Of a stretch of DNA of 45,488 nt, positions 19,567-31,190 are shown in pieces. A program made the translations under genes and the position numbers. The notes below the pieces were generated by a model. The model searched no databases. It was not told the DNA's origin and saw only the letters and a program-made list of their open reading frames with translations. Within the stretch, counting starts at the first letter, position 1; every line of letters starts with the position of its first letter. This DNA is from a bacterium (GTDB lineage Bacteria; Patescibacteriota; Dojkabacteria; B142; OLB20): NCBI GenBank assembly GCA_021463645.1, contig JAJTYI010000009.1, positions 255,269-300,756 on the forward strand, in the 5' to 3' direction.

Positions 19567-21159
19567 TTATTTTATAATACCCGAAACTGTACCTACTATT
19601 CTTTTTGGCCATTCGAATTGAAGTATGTCTTTCAAAACTATTGCTATTGTTAATAAAATCAATAATACAAATACTACCTGACCGATTTTATTTTGCATTT
19701 CCATCGATATCTTTCTACCACGTATCTTTTCAATAAACAAGAAAAGTATATGACCTCCATCAAATAATGGTATGGGTAGTATATTCATAAATGCCAAGAT
19801 GACACTTAACATTGCAACTAGGTTTAGAATATTTATAAAACTATCTACCTTAACAAAATAGTGAGTTACATCTACTATTGCAACGATACTATTTACTTTT
19901 GAAAAAACTGGCTGAACACTCTTCTCTTGAATGGCCTCCCCAATAAAACTAGACATTGCAGTGACATTGTATGTAACGAGGTTAGTAGCATGTAATACAC
20001 CACTAAACAACTTGTTATTTGAGTAGTCTAATCGAATTGCATCCTCATAATAAGCGCTATTATTTACAGGAATCGCACCAAGTATTGGCTCGTCATCCTC
20101 AGGATTGGGTAAATTTAATTGCGTGTTTTTAAACTCTCCTTGAATATTTACATATTGAACTGTAACCTCTTCTCCCCTATATCCATTTAATAAATCACGA
20201 AGATGATCAGAATCTTTTAGGTCAATTCCATCAAATGTCAAAAGTATATCACCGGCAAATAAACCTGCTTTTTCAGCAGATGAATCCTCAGAAACACTAA
20301 TCAATAAAACTTTATCACGTACTTCACTATCGAAGTTCGTATAAAGACCATCACCTGTAAGTATCATTTCTCTTACAAAGATACCCTCAGAATTCTGAAT
20401 TTCAACATTTACTTTTTTATTGTAATTCTGGGTAAGTAGTCGCTCAAAATCACTCTCATTAAGTAACTTCTGATCTGAAACACTTATCAGTAAAGAACCC
20501 TCTAAATCTTTGTACTCCTCTTTGTAGACAGTAAAAATGACAGGGGGACTCGAGACTTCTGCCCCGATAAATTTTGGATCTCCTACTTTTGTCATATCCG
20601 TCGTGAAGTCAGTCAGGAAAAACATTACATAAAATAGTATTGATCCTAGGACGAAGTTCATAACAACGCCAGCCACCAGGATTGCGAATCGTGGAAGGAA
20701 TCCTTTGTTATCGAAATTTTTAGGATGATTCGGAATAAATTCTGAAACCATATAATTCTCAAGCTTCAAATAATCTTCATCTGAAAGCTTGGACTTTTGA
20801 GATTTAACGAATTTCATGACTTTCGAATAGTCGCTATTTGGTTTATCGAGTCCTTTCTTTGATAACAAGTCCATTACAAATTTTCTATCTTTAGAATCCG
20901 TGTCTTTAGAACTGTACCTCCTGAAACTTGAACCATCCATATCTCCCATCATCTTGACGTATCCACCGAGGGGAATTGAATTAATTCTATATGTAACACC
21001 TTTCCACTTTTTTGAAAACAGCTTTGGACCAAAGCCGAAGGCAAATTCATCTACATGTACTCCGGATTTGATTGCAACAATAAAATGACCGAATTCATGT
21101 ACAAAAACCAAAACCCCAAAGATGAGGATTGTAAGGACAAAAGTGATAAAAATATCCAT
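19567..21159 (-). CDS. rseP: RIP metalloprotease RseP (M50 family, PDZ)
   Basis: [37 protein letters not shown]. Confidence 0.94.
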   Translation of the reverse strand: MDIFITFVLTILIFGVLVFVHEFGHFIVAIKSGVHVDEFAFGFGPKLFSKKWKGVTYRINSIPLGGYVKMMGDMDGSSFRRYSSKDTDSKDRKFVMDLLSKKGLDKPNSDYSKVMKFVKSQKSKLSDEDYLKLENYMVSEFIPNHPKNFDNKGFLPRFAILVAGVVMNFVLGSILFYVMFFLTDFTTDMTKVGDPKFIGAEVSSPPVIFTVYKEEYKDLEGSLLISVSDQKLLNESDFERLLTQNYNKKVNVEIQNSEGIFVREMILTGDGLYTNFDSEVRDKVLLISVSEDSSAEKAGLFAGDILLTFDGIDLKDSDHLRDLLNGYRGEEVTVQYVNIQGEFKNTQLNLPNPEDDEPILGAIPVNNSAYYEDAIRLDYSNNKLFSGVLHATNLVTYNVTAMSSFIGEAIQEKSVQPVFSKVNSIVAIVDVTHYFVKVDSFINILNLVAMLSVILAFMNILPIPLFDGGHILFLFIEKIRGRKISMEMQNKIGQVVFVLLILLTIAIVLKDILQFEWPKRIVGTVSGIIK

Positions 21160-21163
21160 GTGA

Positions 21164-21718
21164 TTAAACAGTTAGTAATTCAGATTCTTTATCTTCTGCA
21201 ATTTTTTCGAGCTTTTCATTCCATTTATCAACATTTTTTTGAAGTTGCTTTTCCTTTGTTGTGTAATCATCTTCTGTAAGAGTTTTATCTTTTTTCAAAG
21301 CATCAAGTCCAACCAAAACGTCTTTTCGGACTTGTCTAACGGTGATTCTAGCCTCCTCAACTTTTTGTTTCATAATTTTCACATACTCCAACCTTCTTTC
21401 TTCTGTAAGAGCAGGAATTGGTAACCTCAATGTATCACCATCACTTATAGGATTAATCCCGATTTCTGCTTGTTCGACAGCTTTTTTAATTTCAGGTAAT
21501 GCGTTCTTATCCCATGGTTGAATAATCAGTAATGTGGGATCAGCTACAGTGATGTTTGCAAGTTGCTTAATCTGCATCTTTTGGCCATAGACAGTAGCTT
21601 CGATATCTTCAACTAATTTAGGGTTTGCCCTACCAGCGCGGATTGATGCAAGTTCTTTTTGCAGATGATCTGCAACTTCACTGAATTTTTGTTCGGCTTG
21701 TTCGACTGTGATTCTCAT
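21164..21718 (-). CDS. frr: Ribosome recycling factor
   Basis: [22 protein letters not shown]. Confidence 0.97.
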   Translation of the reverse strand: MRITVEQAEQKFSEVADHLQKELASIRAGRANPKLVEDIEATVYGQKMQIKQLANITVADPTLLIIQPWDKNALPEIKKAVEQAEIGINPISDGDTLRLPIPALTEERRLEYVKIMKQKVEEARITVRQVRKDVLVGLDALKKDKTLTEDDYTTKEKQLQKNVDKWNEKLEKIAEDKESELLTV

Positions 21719-21785
21719 CTAAACGCAGATAAAAATTTATGTTTTATCTTAACATGTCGGGAATAAAATTATCTAATACTAGATT

Positions 21786-22400
21786 TTATTTTATTCCGCA
21801 AGAATTAGTAGGTGCACTTATTTTGATTCTACAGAATTTCCCGATCTCAATCTTCTCTCCAATGGATGCGACAGCATCATTGACTAAATCTTTAATTTTT
21901 TTATTGTCATCTTTAACATAAACCTGTTCCATTAATACTGTTTCTTCGTAAAATTTTTGTAGTCTACCCTCAACGATTTTGTTAAGAATCTCAGCAGGTT
22001 TATTCCCAGGTATAGAAGCTTTTGCAACATTTTTCTCTTTATCTAATATATCTGCAGGTACATCATCAATCTTAATATATTCTGGTGCTGCTGCTGCAAT
22101 ATGAAGAGCGATATTAAAAGCTAATTCTCTAAATTTCTCATTTCTGGATGCAAAATCCGTCTCTGCGTTCAATTCAACTAAAACACCTAGATTACCCTCT
22201 CCGTGGATATAATGTGCAATGAAGCCATTTGAAGCAGTTTTATCTGCTCTTTTGGCTGCTTTTGCTAAGCCTTTTTCTCTTAGGTAAAGTAATGATTTTT
22301 CGAAATCACCTTTGCTATGATCCAAAGCCTCTTTGATACTATTGATTCCAGCTCCTGTTAAGCTTCTTAATTCTTTAATTTGATCTAATTGTGATGCCAT
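21786..22400 (-). CDS. tsf: Elongation factor Ts (short form)
   Basis: IKELRSLTGAG, VELNAETDF. Confidence 0.96.
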   Translation of the reverse strand: MASQLDQIKELRSLTGAGINSIKEALDHSKGDFEKSLLYLREKGLAKAAKRADKTASNGFIAHYIHGEGNLGVLVELNAETDFASRNEKFRELAFNIALHIAAAAPEYIKIDDVPADILDKEKNVAKASIPGNKPAEILNKIVEGRLQKFYEETVLMEQVYVKDDNKKIKDLVNDAVASIGEKIEIGKFCRIKISAPTNSCGIK

Positions 22401-22424
22401 TTTAGTCAGTTAAAAATTAAATTA

Positions 22425-23411
22425 TTATTTGGCAGATACTTCTCTTTCTTGTGAAGCCTCAACTTGTCTCTTTGCTTCACGCTCTTTCTGAATACTTTCT
22501 AAAATTCCTTTCTGGTTAGCCGATTTTTTACCTGATGTGACTTTCATAGGTTCTACGACCTGGACTTTTGCTTTTTCACCAATTTCTACTAACTCTTCTT
22601 TTTTATCTTCCGCTTTAAGGATTTTAACCTCGTATGTGGAATAATCAACGTATTCGTGTTTTATGCCTTTTCCTCCGTTTCCTTTTTTCACTGCACTTCC
22701 TAAGAATCCTATAAGTAACTTAAGCGAACTAATCGCGTCATCATTACCAGGGATTGGATAATCTACTAAATCAGGGTCTGTGTTTGTATCTACAATAGCA
22801 ACTACAGGAATTCCAAGTCTTTTAGCTTCAGTTAAAACCTTTCTTTCGAAATTCACATCTACCACAACCATTGCCTTAGGGAATCCAGTCATGTTTTTAA
22901 TACCTTCATAAAGTCTATTCATTTTTACCCATTCTTTTTTCATATTCGAAACTTCGAATTTTGTTCTACCTTCTACACCTTCCTGAAACTCTTTTTCTAA
23001 TTCCTTGTGTTTTTTTAAACTCTGTTTAATTTGTTCAAAATTTGTTAATAAACCTCCTGGCCATCTGTTTGTAATGTAATATGCACCAGAGTTTATCGCC
23101 TGTTCTTTGATAATTTCTGCTGCTTGCCTTTTTGTTCCGACGAATAGGATATCACCTTTTGAGGCTGTTTCACTAAGAAATTTTAATGCTACATCCAACA
23201 ACTCGATAGTTTTGGAAATATCAAGAATGTGAATGTTGTTCTTCTGGGCAAAGATAAACTTTTTCATCTTTGGATTCCATCTCTTGGTTTCGTGTCCAAA
23301 TTGAACACCTGCCTTTAGAAATGAAGAAACGTCGTAATCCTCTAGGGATGGTTTGCTTTTGTCTGCAACAGGTGCAGAAGTATTTGTTGTACTTGTCATA
23401 ATAAAAAACAT
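22425..23411 (-). CDS. rpsB: 30S ribosomal protein S2 with C-terminal extension
   Basis: AGVQFGH, WNPKM, RWPGGLLTN, IPGNDDA; alternative start at 23399. Confidence 0.97.
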   Translation of the reverse strand: MFFIMTSTTNTSAPVADKSKPSLEDYDVSSFLKAGVQFGHETKRWNPKMKKFIFAQKNNIHILDISKTIELLDVALKFLSETASKGDILFVGTKRQAAEIIKEQAINSGAYYITNRWPGGLLTNFEQIKQSLKKHKELEKEFQEGVEGRTKFEVSNMKKEWVKMNRLYEGIKNMTGFPKAMVVVDVNFERKVLTEAKRLGIPVVAIVDTNTDPDLVDYPIPGNDDAISSLKLLIGFLGSAVKKGNGGKGIKHEYVDYSTYEVKILKAEDKKEELVEIGEKAKVQVVEPMKVTSGKKSANQKGILESIQKEREAKRQVEASQEREVSAK

Positions 23412-23420
23412 TCTCCTTTA

Positions 23421-23486
23421 TTCCTCCACCCATAAGATTTTGCTAATGCAAAACAAGGAGAATTACATATTAATTAGGGTGTGTGA
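23421..23486 (-). promoter_or_regulatory. Probable S2 (rpsB) leader RNA
   Basis: Minus strand CACACACCC...GGGTGGAGG upstream of rpsB, with TATAAT at 23496-23501; resembles the t44/S2 leader ends. Confidence 0.45.
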
Positions 23487-23533
23487 TTTTCAAAGATTAT
23501 AACATATCAACCAAGTGATACCAAACTCTCTGA

Positions 23534-25765
23534 CTACTCTACTCCAAGCTCTTTTTTCTTTTCTTTTAGTTCTTTATTGTTGATTCTAAAAACTTCTTTT
23601 TTCTCTGGATAATCAGGATGCGCCCAAAATTCACCAAATCTTCCTTTTCTTAAAACCATTTTTTTGCCGTTTTTTGTTTTGGGTGCAGATCCATACAATT
23701 CTTTGAACACAGACGAAGAATATTCTAAAGGCTTTGCATCCTTAACTTTGGGATAATCTGGATGAGCCCAGAAATATCCGAATCTTCCTCTTTTTAATAA
23801 ATATTCTCTATCATCATCTGTTTTTGGTGCATTTAAGTAAAGATTTGTGAATTCTTCGGATTTCTGATCCATATTTAATAGCGTATCATCACCAAAAGAT
23901 TTCATGCCTTTACATTTTGGAAAGTCTACACAACTGTGGAATTTTCCAAATTTACCAAGTTTTACGACCATTTTGCCACCACAATCAGGACATTTCTCTT
24001 CACTTTTAGAAATTACCGTATAATCTTCCTTCTTAATTTCCAGTTTCTTCGCTTCTAAATTTTTATCGAATGGGGTGTAAAATTCGTGCAAAACTTTTAT
24101 CCAATCTTTTTCCCCTTGAGCGATAGAATCCAAGTCATTTTCAATTTGGGCAGTGAAATTTGTATCTACAATTTGTCCGAAATGTTTTTTCAACAATTTA
24201 ATAACCACCATGCCAGTATCAGTTGGCACCAAGGATCTTCCGTCTTTTTCAATATAGTTTCTCGACGTAATCGTCGAAATGATTGGAGCGTAAGTCGAAG
24301 GTCTACCAATTCCGTAACTCTCTAATGCTTTAATTAAACTAGCTTCTGTAAATCTCGCAATTGGTTCAGTGAATTTTTGTTCTGCATTTAAACTTTCTAA
24401 GAATAATTGTTGACCAACAGTTAATTCAGGTATCAAAGCTTCTGTAAATTGTTCAGGATATACTTCTAAATAACCTTTTTCTAATAATCGTTGCCCATTG
24501 AGTTGGAAAAGATAACCTTCTACTTCGATTGATACTTTTACTGATTCGACTCTAGCCTCTTTCATTTGAGTAGCAAGAGTTCTCTGCCATATAAGTCTAT
24601 ATAATCGTTGATGTTTTTCATCGAACTTAATGCTTTCTGCTAATACATTCACATCTGAAGGCCTTATCGCTTCATGTGCCTCTTGGCTAAGTTTGGATTT
24701 TGTTTTAAATGTTCTAGCATTTTCGGACAAATTAGCCTGCCCGAACTTTTTGTCCACAAATGTCCGAATTTGTTTAATTGCTTGGTCCGCAATATTTAAA
24801 GAGTCAGTCCTCATATATGTAATCAGTCCAGCTTCATATAAATCTTGTGCGAGCTTCATCGTTTGTTTAGCACTAAAACCTAGTTTGTTTGCAGAAGTCT
24901 GCTGTAATGTACTCGTTATAAATGGAGGTTTTGGGTTTCTTAATGATTCTTGTCTACTAATATCTTTTATCACCCAATCTGAGTCAATTATATCCACAAT
25001 AACTTTCTTGCTCGTTTTCTGTTCCTTTAAATCTGGATTTCTACCGTTCATTTTTACCAATCTGAATAGCAGATTATTAGAGTCGGTAGGATTAAAAGCA
25101 ATCTCAGATTCTTTTGTAAAAATATTGATATTTTTCTTTTCTGATCTTTTATCCTGACCTAGTAACGCAGATAAATTCCAATATTCCTCAGGGACAAACT
25201 TGTTTCTTTCTTCCTCCCTATCGACGATTAGTCTGAGAGCCACAGATTGCACCCTACCTGCTGATAGTCCATATCTAATTTTCTGCCATAATAGTGGGGA
25301 AAGTTTGTAACCAACCAATCGATCCAGGACTCTTCTTGCTTGTTGAGCATTTACTAATGCGATATTGATATCATGCTTATTTTCTAAAGCATTCAGAAGT
25401 GCATCCTTGGTAATTTCTGTAAAAGTAATCCTGTGAAGAGGCTTCGCATTACGTTTAGGTTTGCCTAATTTATCGATTAATCCTAATTTCTGAGCTACAT
25501 GCCATCCTATAGCTTCTCCTTCTCTATCGCTATCAACAGCTATTAAAATAGTATCAGAACCCTTAGCAGCGTTCTTCAAAGCTGTTAGAGATTTCTGATT
25601 TGTGACTACATAGTCAGGTTCGAAATTATTTTCAACATCGATACCAATATTTGATTTAGGGAGATCAACGATGTGTCCTTTTGAGGCTAACACCTTGTAA
25701 TCGCGACCCAAATATTTTTCAATAGTCTTTGCCTTAGCAGGCGATTCAACAATTACTAAATTCAT
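23534..25765 (-). CDS. topA: DNA topoisomerase I
   Basis: LVIVESPAKAKTI, DSDREGEAI, SAGRVQS, ITYMRTDS; one Zn ribbon plus two C-terminal repeats (GRFG.FWAHPDYP). Confidence 0.98.
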   Translation of the reverse strand: MNLVIVESPAKAKTIEKYLGRDYKVLASKGHIVDLPKSNIGIDVENNFEPDYVVTNQKSLTALKNAAKGSDTILIAVDSDREGEAIGWHVAQKLGLIDKLGKPKRNAKPLHRITFTEITKDALLNALENKHDINIALVNAQQARRVLDRLVGYKLSPLLWQKIRYGLSAGRVQSVALRLIVDREEERNKFVPEEYWNLSALLGQDKRSEKKNINIFTKESEIAFNPTDSNNLLFRLVKMNGRNPDLKEQKTSKKVIVDIIDSDWVIKDISRQESLRNPKPPFITSTLQQTSANKLGFSAKQTMKLAQDLYEAGLITYMRTDSLNIADQAIKQIRTFVDKKFGQANLSENARTFKTKSKLSQEAHEAIRPSDVNVLAESIKFDEKHQRLYRLIWQRTLATQMKEARVESVKVSIEVEGYLFQLNGQRLLEKGYLEVYPEQFTEALIPELTVGQQLFLESLNAEQKFTEPIARFTEASLIKALESYGIGRPSTYAPIISTITSRNYIEKDGRSLVPTDTGMVVIKLLKKHFGQIVDTNFTAQIENDLDSIAQGEKDWIKVLHEFYTPFDKNLEAKKLEIKKEDYTVISKSEEKCPDCGGKMVVKLGKFGKFHSCVDFPKCKGMKSFGDDTLLNMDQKSEEFTNLYLNAPKTDDDREYLLKRGRFGYFWAHPDYPKVKDAKPLEYSSSVFKELYGSAPKTKNGKKMVLRKGRFGEFWAHPDYPEKKEVFRINNKELKEKKKELGVE

Positions 25766-25774
25766 AAAAATTTT

Positions 25775-26791
25775 TTAAAGCAATTTTATATTATACTTAC
25801 CGTCAGTATTTAAGCAAATTTGGCCTTTTAATTCTAACTGTAGAATCTCGTTTTTTGTGTCGTTAATATCCATATCAAGCAATTCACTAATTTGTTCAAT
25901 ATCAAGTTGTTCGACCCTTAATAAATTTATAATTTTATTTGAGTCCATACCTTTATACAATTTCAATTGTCCGGGGATTATATCATCAACTCCGGAAAAA
26001 AGTTGTGCTTTTAAGTCTTTTATCAATTTATTTGTACCTAGAGAATAAACGGAGTCAATGTTTCCGGGGATAGCATACACTTCCCTATTATATTCAAATG
26101 CTAGATTTGCAGTTATGAGTGAACCACTTTTCCTAGGTGCTTCAATAACAACTGTTTTGGTGGACAATCCGGCAATTATTCTATTTCTTTTAGCGTATAC
26201 ACTTTTATTCCAGATGAAATTATTTAAACATTCGGTAATCACTAACCCGTCTTCGGCAATTTGATTAAATAATTTCCTATTTGACATCGGCATAGGATTA
26301 TCAAGAGAAGATGGAATTACAGCAATAGTTTTGAGTTTATTTGCTAAAGAGTATCTATGTACTAGTGTGTCTATTCCAAGTGCCATACCGCTGATGAATA
26401 CATAATTGTACTTTCCTAAACCCTCAACAATATTCTTAGTCACTCGTTCTCCATAACTGCTGTGTTTTCTAGTTCCAACAATGCTAATCAAGTTTTGTTC
26501 GTTACATAATGAAATATCACCTTTATAGAAAAGGGCTATTGGAGGATAAGGAGTTTCAGTAAGTAATTTCGGATAATTCTTTTCTCCGTAAACAACAAAA
26601 TTGTCGGTAGGAATATCTTCTAATTTATCTGATTCTACGCCTTGTCGAAGCTTACCATGTGATATGTTTGGACTGTCTTCAAAGAAATTCTCTATCGTTT
26701 CAAACTTTTCTAAAATTTCCAAAAAATTGGCAAATTTAAAGCCATTTAATTGCGAAAATTTCAATCTAGCATATTTTTCTGATATCTCCAT
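25775..26791 (-). CDS. dprA: DNA-processing protein DprA
   Basis: IVGTRK, SGMALGID, RNRIIAGLS, SGSLITA, REVYAIPG. Confidence 0.96.
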   Translation of the reverse strand: MEISEKYARLKFSQLNGFKFANFLEILEKFETIENFFEDSPNISHGKLRQGVESDKLEDIPTDNFVVYGEKNYPKLLTETPYPPIALFYKGDISLCNEQNLISIVGTRKHSSYGERVTKNIVEGLGKYNYVFISGMALGIDTLVHRYSLANKLKTIAVIPSSLDNPMPMSNRKLFNQIAEDGLVITECLNNFIWNKSVYAKRNRIIAGLSTKTVVIEAPRKSGSLITANLAFEYNREVYAIPGNIDSVYSLGTNKLIKDLKAQLFSGVDDIIPGQLKLYKGMDSNKIINLLRVEQLDIEQISELLDMDINDTKNEILQLELKGQICLNTDGKYNIKLL

Positions 26792-26849
26792 TTAACACCA
26801 TAACTAATCTATGATTATGGATTACGAAGATGAAAAATCTCTGGAGAAA

Positions 26850-28721
26850 CTAGATTTTTTCGCAATTTGGAGAAAAATCAGTTTGTACACAATTTACGAA
26901 TTTTTTAATAATTGGGACGGTTTGATATCCTCTTCCAGCCCATTGTTGGATTACGACAAAACAATTATCACTACCTTGATGATTGAAACAGCCCATTATC
27001 CAAGAGTGTGCACCTGAATAAACCTTACCATTAATCACTTCCGATGCATCAGCTGATCCTGTTTTAATAATTATATCTGCATTTAAGTCTCTCAATATAC
27101 TACCACTCCCCTCTTTTGCTGCAGATTTCATTCCTTCTTTTATTATATCTAGATTAGTTTCAGAAACGCTTACTTTCCTTATAACTTCTTTCTGTGACTC
27201 TAATACAATCTCATTTTCTTGACTCACTACTTTATCAAGAACATGTGGTTTTAATACTTCACCTCCGTTATTTATCGCGGATGCTACAACAACCATCTGT
27301 ATTGGAGTGACTGTAAGTAGTCCTTGTCCAATCATACTGTTACAGTCATCTCCTAAATACCAGTTTTCATTAAATAATTTCTTTTTCAATTCAGGAGATG
27401 GTAGCGAGCCGACCTGTTCTCCATATAAATCTATTCCTGTTTTACTCCCAAGACCATAATCCTCAGCATATTTAAGTGTTGTATATATTCCATCAGCATC
27501 CCTATTTAGGCTCATCGCAACCTTACAAAAGAATAGATTACTTGATTGACTCAGGGCTTGAACTACATTCAGGTTTCCCAATACCTTCTTATCAGCTTCA
27601 CAGAAAACAATTCCTGCTGAAAGTTCCAGACAACCTTCTGACCTTATGATTGAATTTCTGTTAATCACTCCAGTCTCAAGACCTGCTGATGCTCCTATCA
27701 CCTTAAAAATTGATCCCGAAGGTAATTGTAGAGCAATGGGTCTGTTTAATAGAGGGGTTTTATCATCTTCTAAAAATTTCTGATATTGTTCGTTTTTGAT
27801 TCCATCGCTAAAAAGGTTATTGTCATATCCAGGAATCCCGACCATCGCCTTAATTTCTCCTGAATTGCTATCCATAATTACACCTGCAGATGCAAATCCC
27901 TCAACCTGTTCCAAACTTTCCTCCATAATATCGCTAAGCTTCTTTTGCCATCGGGAATCTATAGTTAAATGAAGATTATCACCATCAATTTTATTTTCTG
28001 AAATAAAAGTTGACTCGATATCTTCTAAATATTGTTTTTGTTCAATTTTTTTACCTACTTTACCTCTCAAATAGTCATCATAGACCTTTTCAACACCAAG
28101 TTTACCGACCTTTGAAACAGTGAAAATCTCATCTGACAATTCATTTTCAGCTGGTTTTCCAATATATCCAAGGATATGTGAAAAATACTCGGGATCAGAA
28201 TAACGTCTTTGAGTATCATTCTGTATGGTGAAGCCAATTAATTCATCCGAATTTTCTATCAACCTGAAATAAGTGTCCGAATTAATCCCAGACTTCACAC
28301 GGATTAAGCCCTCCTCCTTTGCTATCGAATACAACTCTGTCCGATATACATCTAGTAGTACCTCTACATCAGAATCAATCAAATCTGCGAGTTTACTAAA
28401 AATCTCTCTTTCGTTTTCGACATCTATCTGTGTTTTGTCTGCGTAAACAGAATATGTCGGGGCGTTATAAGCTAATATATTCCCATTTGCATCATAAATT
28501 ACCCCTCTCTGTGGTAGTACTAGAGATATATTTTGACTTGTTCTAGTTGCTGCAAGTAGGTTTTGACGACCTTGAAGAAATTGCATTTGAAATAATCCGA
28601 TAATCAAAAACACGAAAATTAAAAAAATGCATATGTATACTAAGTGAAAACTATAGTCTTCTTTTTGACTAAAATTAATTCTACTTGAGATTTTGAGTTT
28701 TTCTTTATATTTTGAAAGCAT
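26850..28721 (-). CDS. mrdA: Class B penicillin-binding protein 2
   Basis: RGVIYD, GSIFK (SxxK), SSN (SxN), KTG; follows mreBCD. Confidence 0.93.
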   Translation of the reverse strand: MLSKYKEKLKISSRINFSQKEDYSFHLVYICIFLIFVFLIIGLFQMQFLQGRQNLLAATRTSQNISLVLPQRGVIYDANGNILAYNAPTYSVYADKTQIDVENEREIFSKLADLIDSDVEVLLDVYRTELYSIAKEEGLIRVKSGINSDTYFRLIENSDELIGFTIQNDTQRRYSDPEYFSHILGYIGKPAENELSDEIFTVSKVGKLGVEKVYDDYLRGKVGKKIEQKQYLEDIESTFISENKIDGDNLHLTIDSRWQKKLSDIMEESLEQVEGFASAGVIMDSNSGEIKAMVGIPGYDNNLFSDGIKNEQYQKFLEDDKTPLLNRPIALQLPSGSIFKVIGASAGLETGVINRNSIIRSEGCLELSAGIVFCEADKKVLGNLNVVQALSQSSNLFFCKVAMSLNRDADGIYTTLKYAEDYGLGSKTGIDLYGEQVGSLPSPELKKKLFNENWYLGDDCNSMIGQGLLTVTPIQMVVVASAINNGGEVLKPHVLDKVVSQENEIVLESQKEVIRKVSVSETNLDIIKEGMKSAAKEGSGSILRDLNADIIIKTGSADASEVINGKVYSGAHSWIMGCFNHQGSDNCFVVIQQWAGRGYQTVPIIKKFVNCVQTDFSPNCEKI

Positions 28722-29184
28722 TGCGAGATTTGCGTTTTACTGAAGTTATTAGTAAGGAACCAACAAGAATCAACAAACTAGATATTGTAACAAAAATTAT
28801 CTGAGTAATATTTAGGACATTAATTATATATAAATAAGTATTATTGATAATCAAAAATATAAGAAAAACCACAAATGAATGTGTACTACTTCCCGGTAAT
28901 CCAATAATTTTTAAGGATCTCGAGATAAGCCTTGTGATCAAGATACTTGATGTATAAAACATTGCAATCAAGGTTATATTCCTAAACATCAACAAATCTA
29001 CAATAATTGTTCCAATTAAGATAAAAAATAAACCACCCGTTTGACTCCCTTTTGTTAGCTTTATTGTACCTGCTATTATCAGTAAATTAATATTAGCCAC
29101 CCACCAATAGTCGGTAACGAGTAGAGATACTTCTAATAAAACTAGAATAATGAATAAAAAGAAACCAAATATTTTACTCAACAT
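28705..29184 (-). CDS. mreD: MreD-like membrane protein
   Basis: About five TM helices between mreC and mrdA; assigned mainly by synteny. Confidence 0.65.
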   Translation of the reverse strand: MLSKIFGFFLFIILVLLEVSLLVTDYWWVANINLLIIAGTIKLTKGSQTGGLFFILIGTIIVDLLMFRNITLIAMFYTSSILITRLISRSLKIIGLPGSSTHSFVVFLIFLIINNTYLYIINVLNITQIIFVTISSLLILVGSLLITSVKRKSRNAFKI

Positions 29185-29992
29185 TTCTTTCGATACTAAG
29201 TATAAATACTTCATCCAAATTTTTAAGGTCAGGGATTATTTTTAACACTGCACTTTTCGTAGTCAAGCTATCATTATCATTAACCTCAACCACCTCCCCA
29301 ACAACTAATCCTTTTTGTAAAATCTCATTCTCAGAGCTAGTTATGACACTCTCCCCCACATTTATAGTACTACCACGAGGAATTTCGTTCATTACTAGTC
29401 CTATACTAAAGTCGCCCTTGATCACTCCTTTTGCATTGTTTTCCATAGAAATTGCAGAAATAATTGTATCAGGCGAATTTATTAATCTGGCTATACTATT
29501 TATTCTATTGACTTCTACAATCTCTCCGAGTAAGAAGTTCTTGATAATTAATGCATCACCAACTTTCACGTTGTCCATGCTTCCTTTGTTAATTAATACA
29601 TGTCCAAATTTGTCAGGGATATAAGAGGTAACAGTTGCCGGAATCGTTTCAGCTTGATTGGTAAAAGTATTTTGTTCTTTTATAATTTCTAGTTCCTTGA
29701 GATTTGTATATAACTTGGTGTTTTCTGACCTTAAAATAAGATTTTCTTCTTCAAGTTGCTCCACTTTCTCTAATGTTTCCTTTCTGTCTTTAAAGACATC
29801 TGTGGTTTTAAATACACTGTCAATTGTTCGTGACGAATCATTCGTTATATTAACACCAATGCTATGTGCAACGCTTTTTATTGGATTGAAAAAACCGATT
29901 CCATCAAATAGAAGTAAAAGTAGACACAAGATGAGCAATCCTATGTTTAGTGGTAGAGATAGCAATTGTTTGTTTGTTTTAATACTGGGCAA
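29174..29992 (-). CDS. mreC: Rod shape-determining protein MreC
   Basis: TM plus coiled coil, INKGSMDNVKVG, GESVITS, KGLVVGEV. Confidence 0.92.
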   Translation of the reverse strand: MPSIKTNKQLLSLPLNIGLLILCLLLLLFDGIGFFNPIKSVAHSIGVNITNDSSRTIDSVFKTTDVFKDRKETLEKVEQLEEENLILRSENTKLYTNLKELEIIKEQNTFTNQAETIPATVTSYIPDKFGHVLINKGSMDNVKVGDALIIKNFLLGEIVEVNRINSIARLINSPDTIISAISMENNAKGVIKGDFSIGLVMNEIPRGSTINVGESVITSSENEILQKGLVVGEVVEVNDNDSLTTKSAVLKIIPDLKNLDEVFILSIERNVE

Positions 29993-30003
29993 ATTATTTA
30001 CAC

Positions 30004-31068
30004 TTAAAAAATATCTCTATCTTTTAACTGGAGTCGCTCTAAAAGATCGATTTCTTCTAGTAATGTTGCAGTACCTCGAACTACACATGTGAGTGGATCG
30101 TCAGCCACAATCACGGGTGTTTGCAACTTTTCCTCCAAATATCGGTCCAAGCCCTCTATAAGAGCACCACCACCAGCCAGTGTAATCCCCTTATCCAATA
30201 AGTCTGAGAGTATTTCAGGTGGTGTTTGCTCGAGAGCATCTTTGATTGACTCAACAATTTTATCGATAACTTTGATTATTGCTTCACGAACCTCAACACT
30301 AGTAAGTGTAATAATTTTTGGAAGTCCCGTAATCATATCTCTCCCCTTTACCTCCATTTCTCTTTCTTTTTTTAATGGTTTGACTGATCCAATTGCTATT
30401 TTCACATCCTCGGCAAATTTGAGACCAATTTGTAAGTTATATTTATTTTTAACATAATTTAATATTTCGTCATCAATTTCATTTCCAGCTATCCGGACAG
30501 TTGTATCTACAACAATCCCACCGAGTGAAATGACAGCAATGTCAGTAGTTCCTCCGCCAATGTCTACGACCATACTTCCTGAAGCGTCGTCTATCGCCAA
30601 ACCAGCCCCAATCGCAGCTGCCATTGGCTCCTCCACGATATATACTTTTCTTGCTCCTGCGGATGTAGCAGCATCAATTACCGCTCTAGCCTCTACTTCT
30701 GTTATAGATGAAGGGATTCCTATTACAACTCTAGGTCGTTTTATTTTTAATAATTTAGGGTATTCATCGTAAACTCTATGGATAAAATATCTAATCATCG
30801 CTTCTGTAGAATCGAAGTCGGAAATAACGCCATCTTTAAGTGGTCTAACCGCAATAATTGCTGCTGGAGTTCTACCTATCATTCTTCTGGCTTCCTCTCC
30901 GACGGCTAGAATCTTTTTAGTATCTTTATTTATAGCAACAACAGATGGCTCACTGACCACAATCCCGTGACCTTTTATAGATACAATTGTATTAGTGGTA
31001 CCCAAATCAATACCTACATCATGAGTTATAGCAGGGAGCAGCTTATTAAAAATTATCACAGAGTTCAA
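30004..31068 (-). CDS. mreB: Rod shape-determining protein MreB (operon copy)
   Basis: GIDLGTTNT, EPMAAAIGAG, DIGGGTTD, LAGGGAL. Confidence 0.97.
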   Translation of the reverse strand: MNSVIIFNKLLPAITHDVGIDLGTTNTIVSIKGHGIVVSEPSVVAINKDTKKILAVGEEARRMIGRTPAAIIAVRPLKDGVISDFDSTEAMIRYFIHRVYDEYPKLLKIKRPRVVIGIPSSITEVEARAVIDAATSAGARKVYIVEEPMAAAIGAGLAIDDASGSMVVDIGGGTTDIAVISLGGIVVDTTVRIAGNEIDDEILNYVKNKYNLQIGLKFAEDVKIAIGSVKPLKKEREMEVKGRDMITGLPKIITLTSVEVREAIIKVIDKIVESIKDALEQTPPEILSDLLDKGITLAGGGALIEGLDRYLEEKLQTPVIVADDPLTCVVRGTATLLEEIDLLERLQLKDRDIF

Positions 31069-31155
31069 TGGTAAGTTAAGTTCAATATTCTACCACTTGT
31101 AACAGGGAATATTCCACCTAGAGTTCTAGTTGTTTGCGCAATATCAGAAGATTTA

Positions 31156-31185
31156 TTGTTACTTGGGATTCAATTTTGATATACT
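31156..31185 (+). promoter_or_regulatory. Sigma70-type promoter for the 6S-like RNA
   Basis: TTGTTA (31156)-18 nt-TATACT (31180) with TG extension; predicted start near G31191. Confidence 0.5.
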
Positions 31186-31190
31186 TTACT

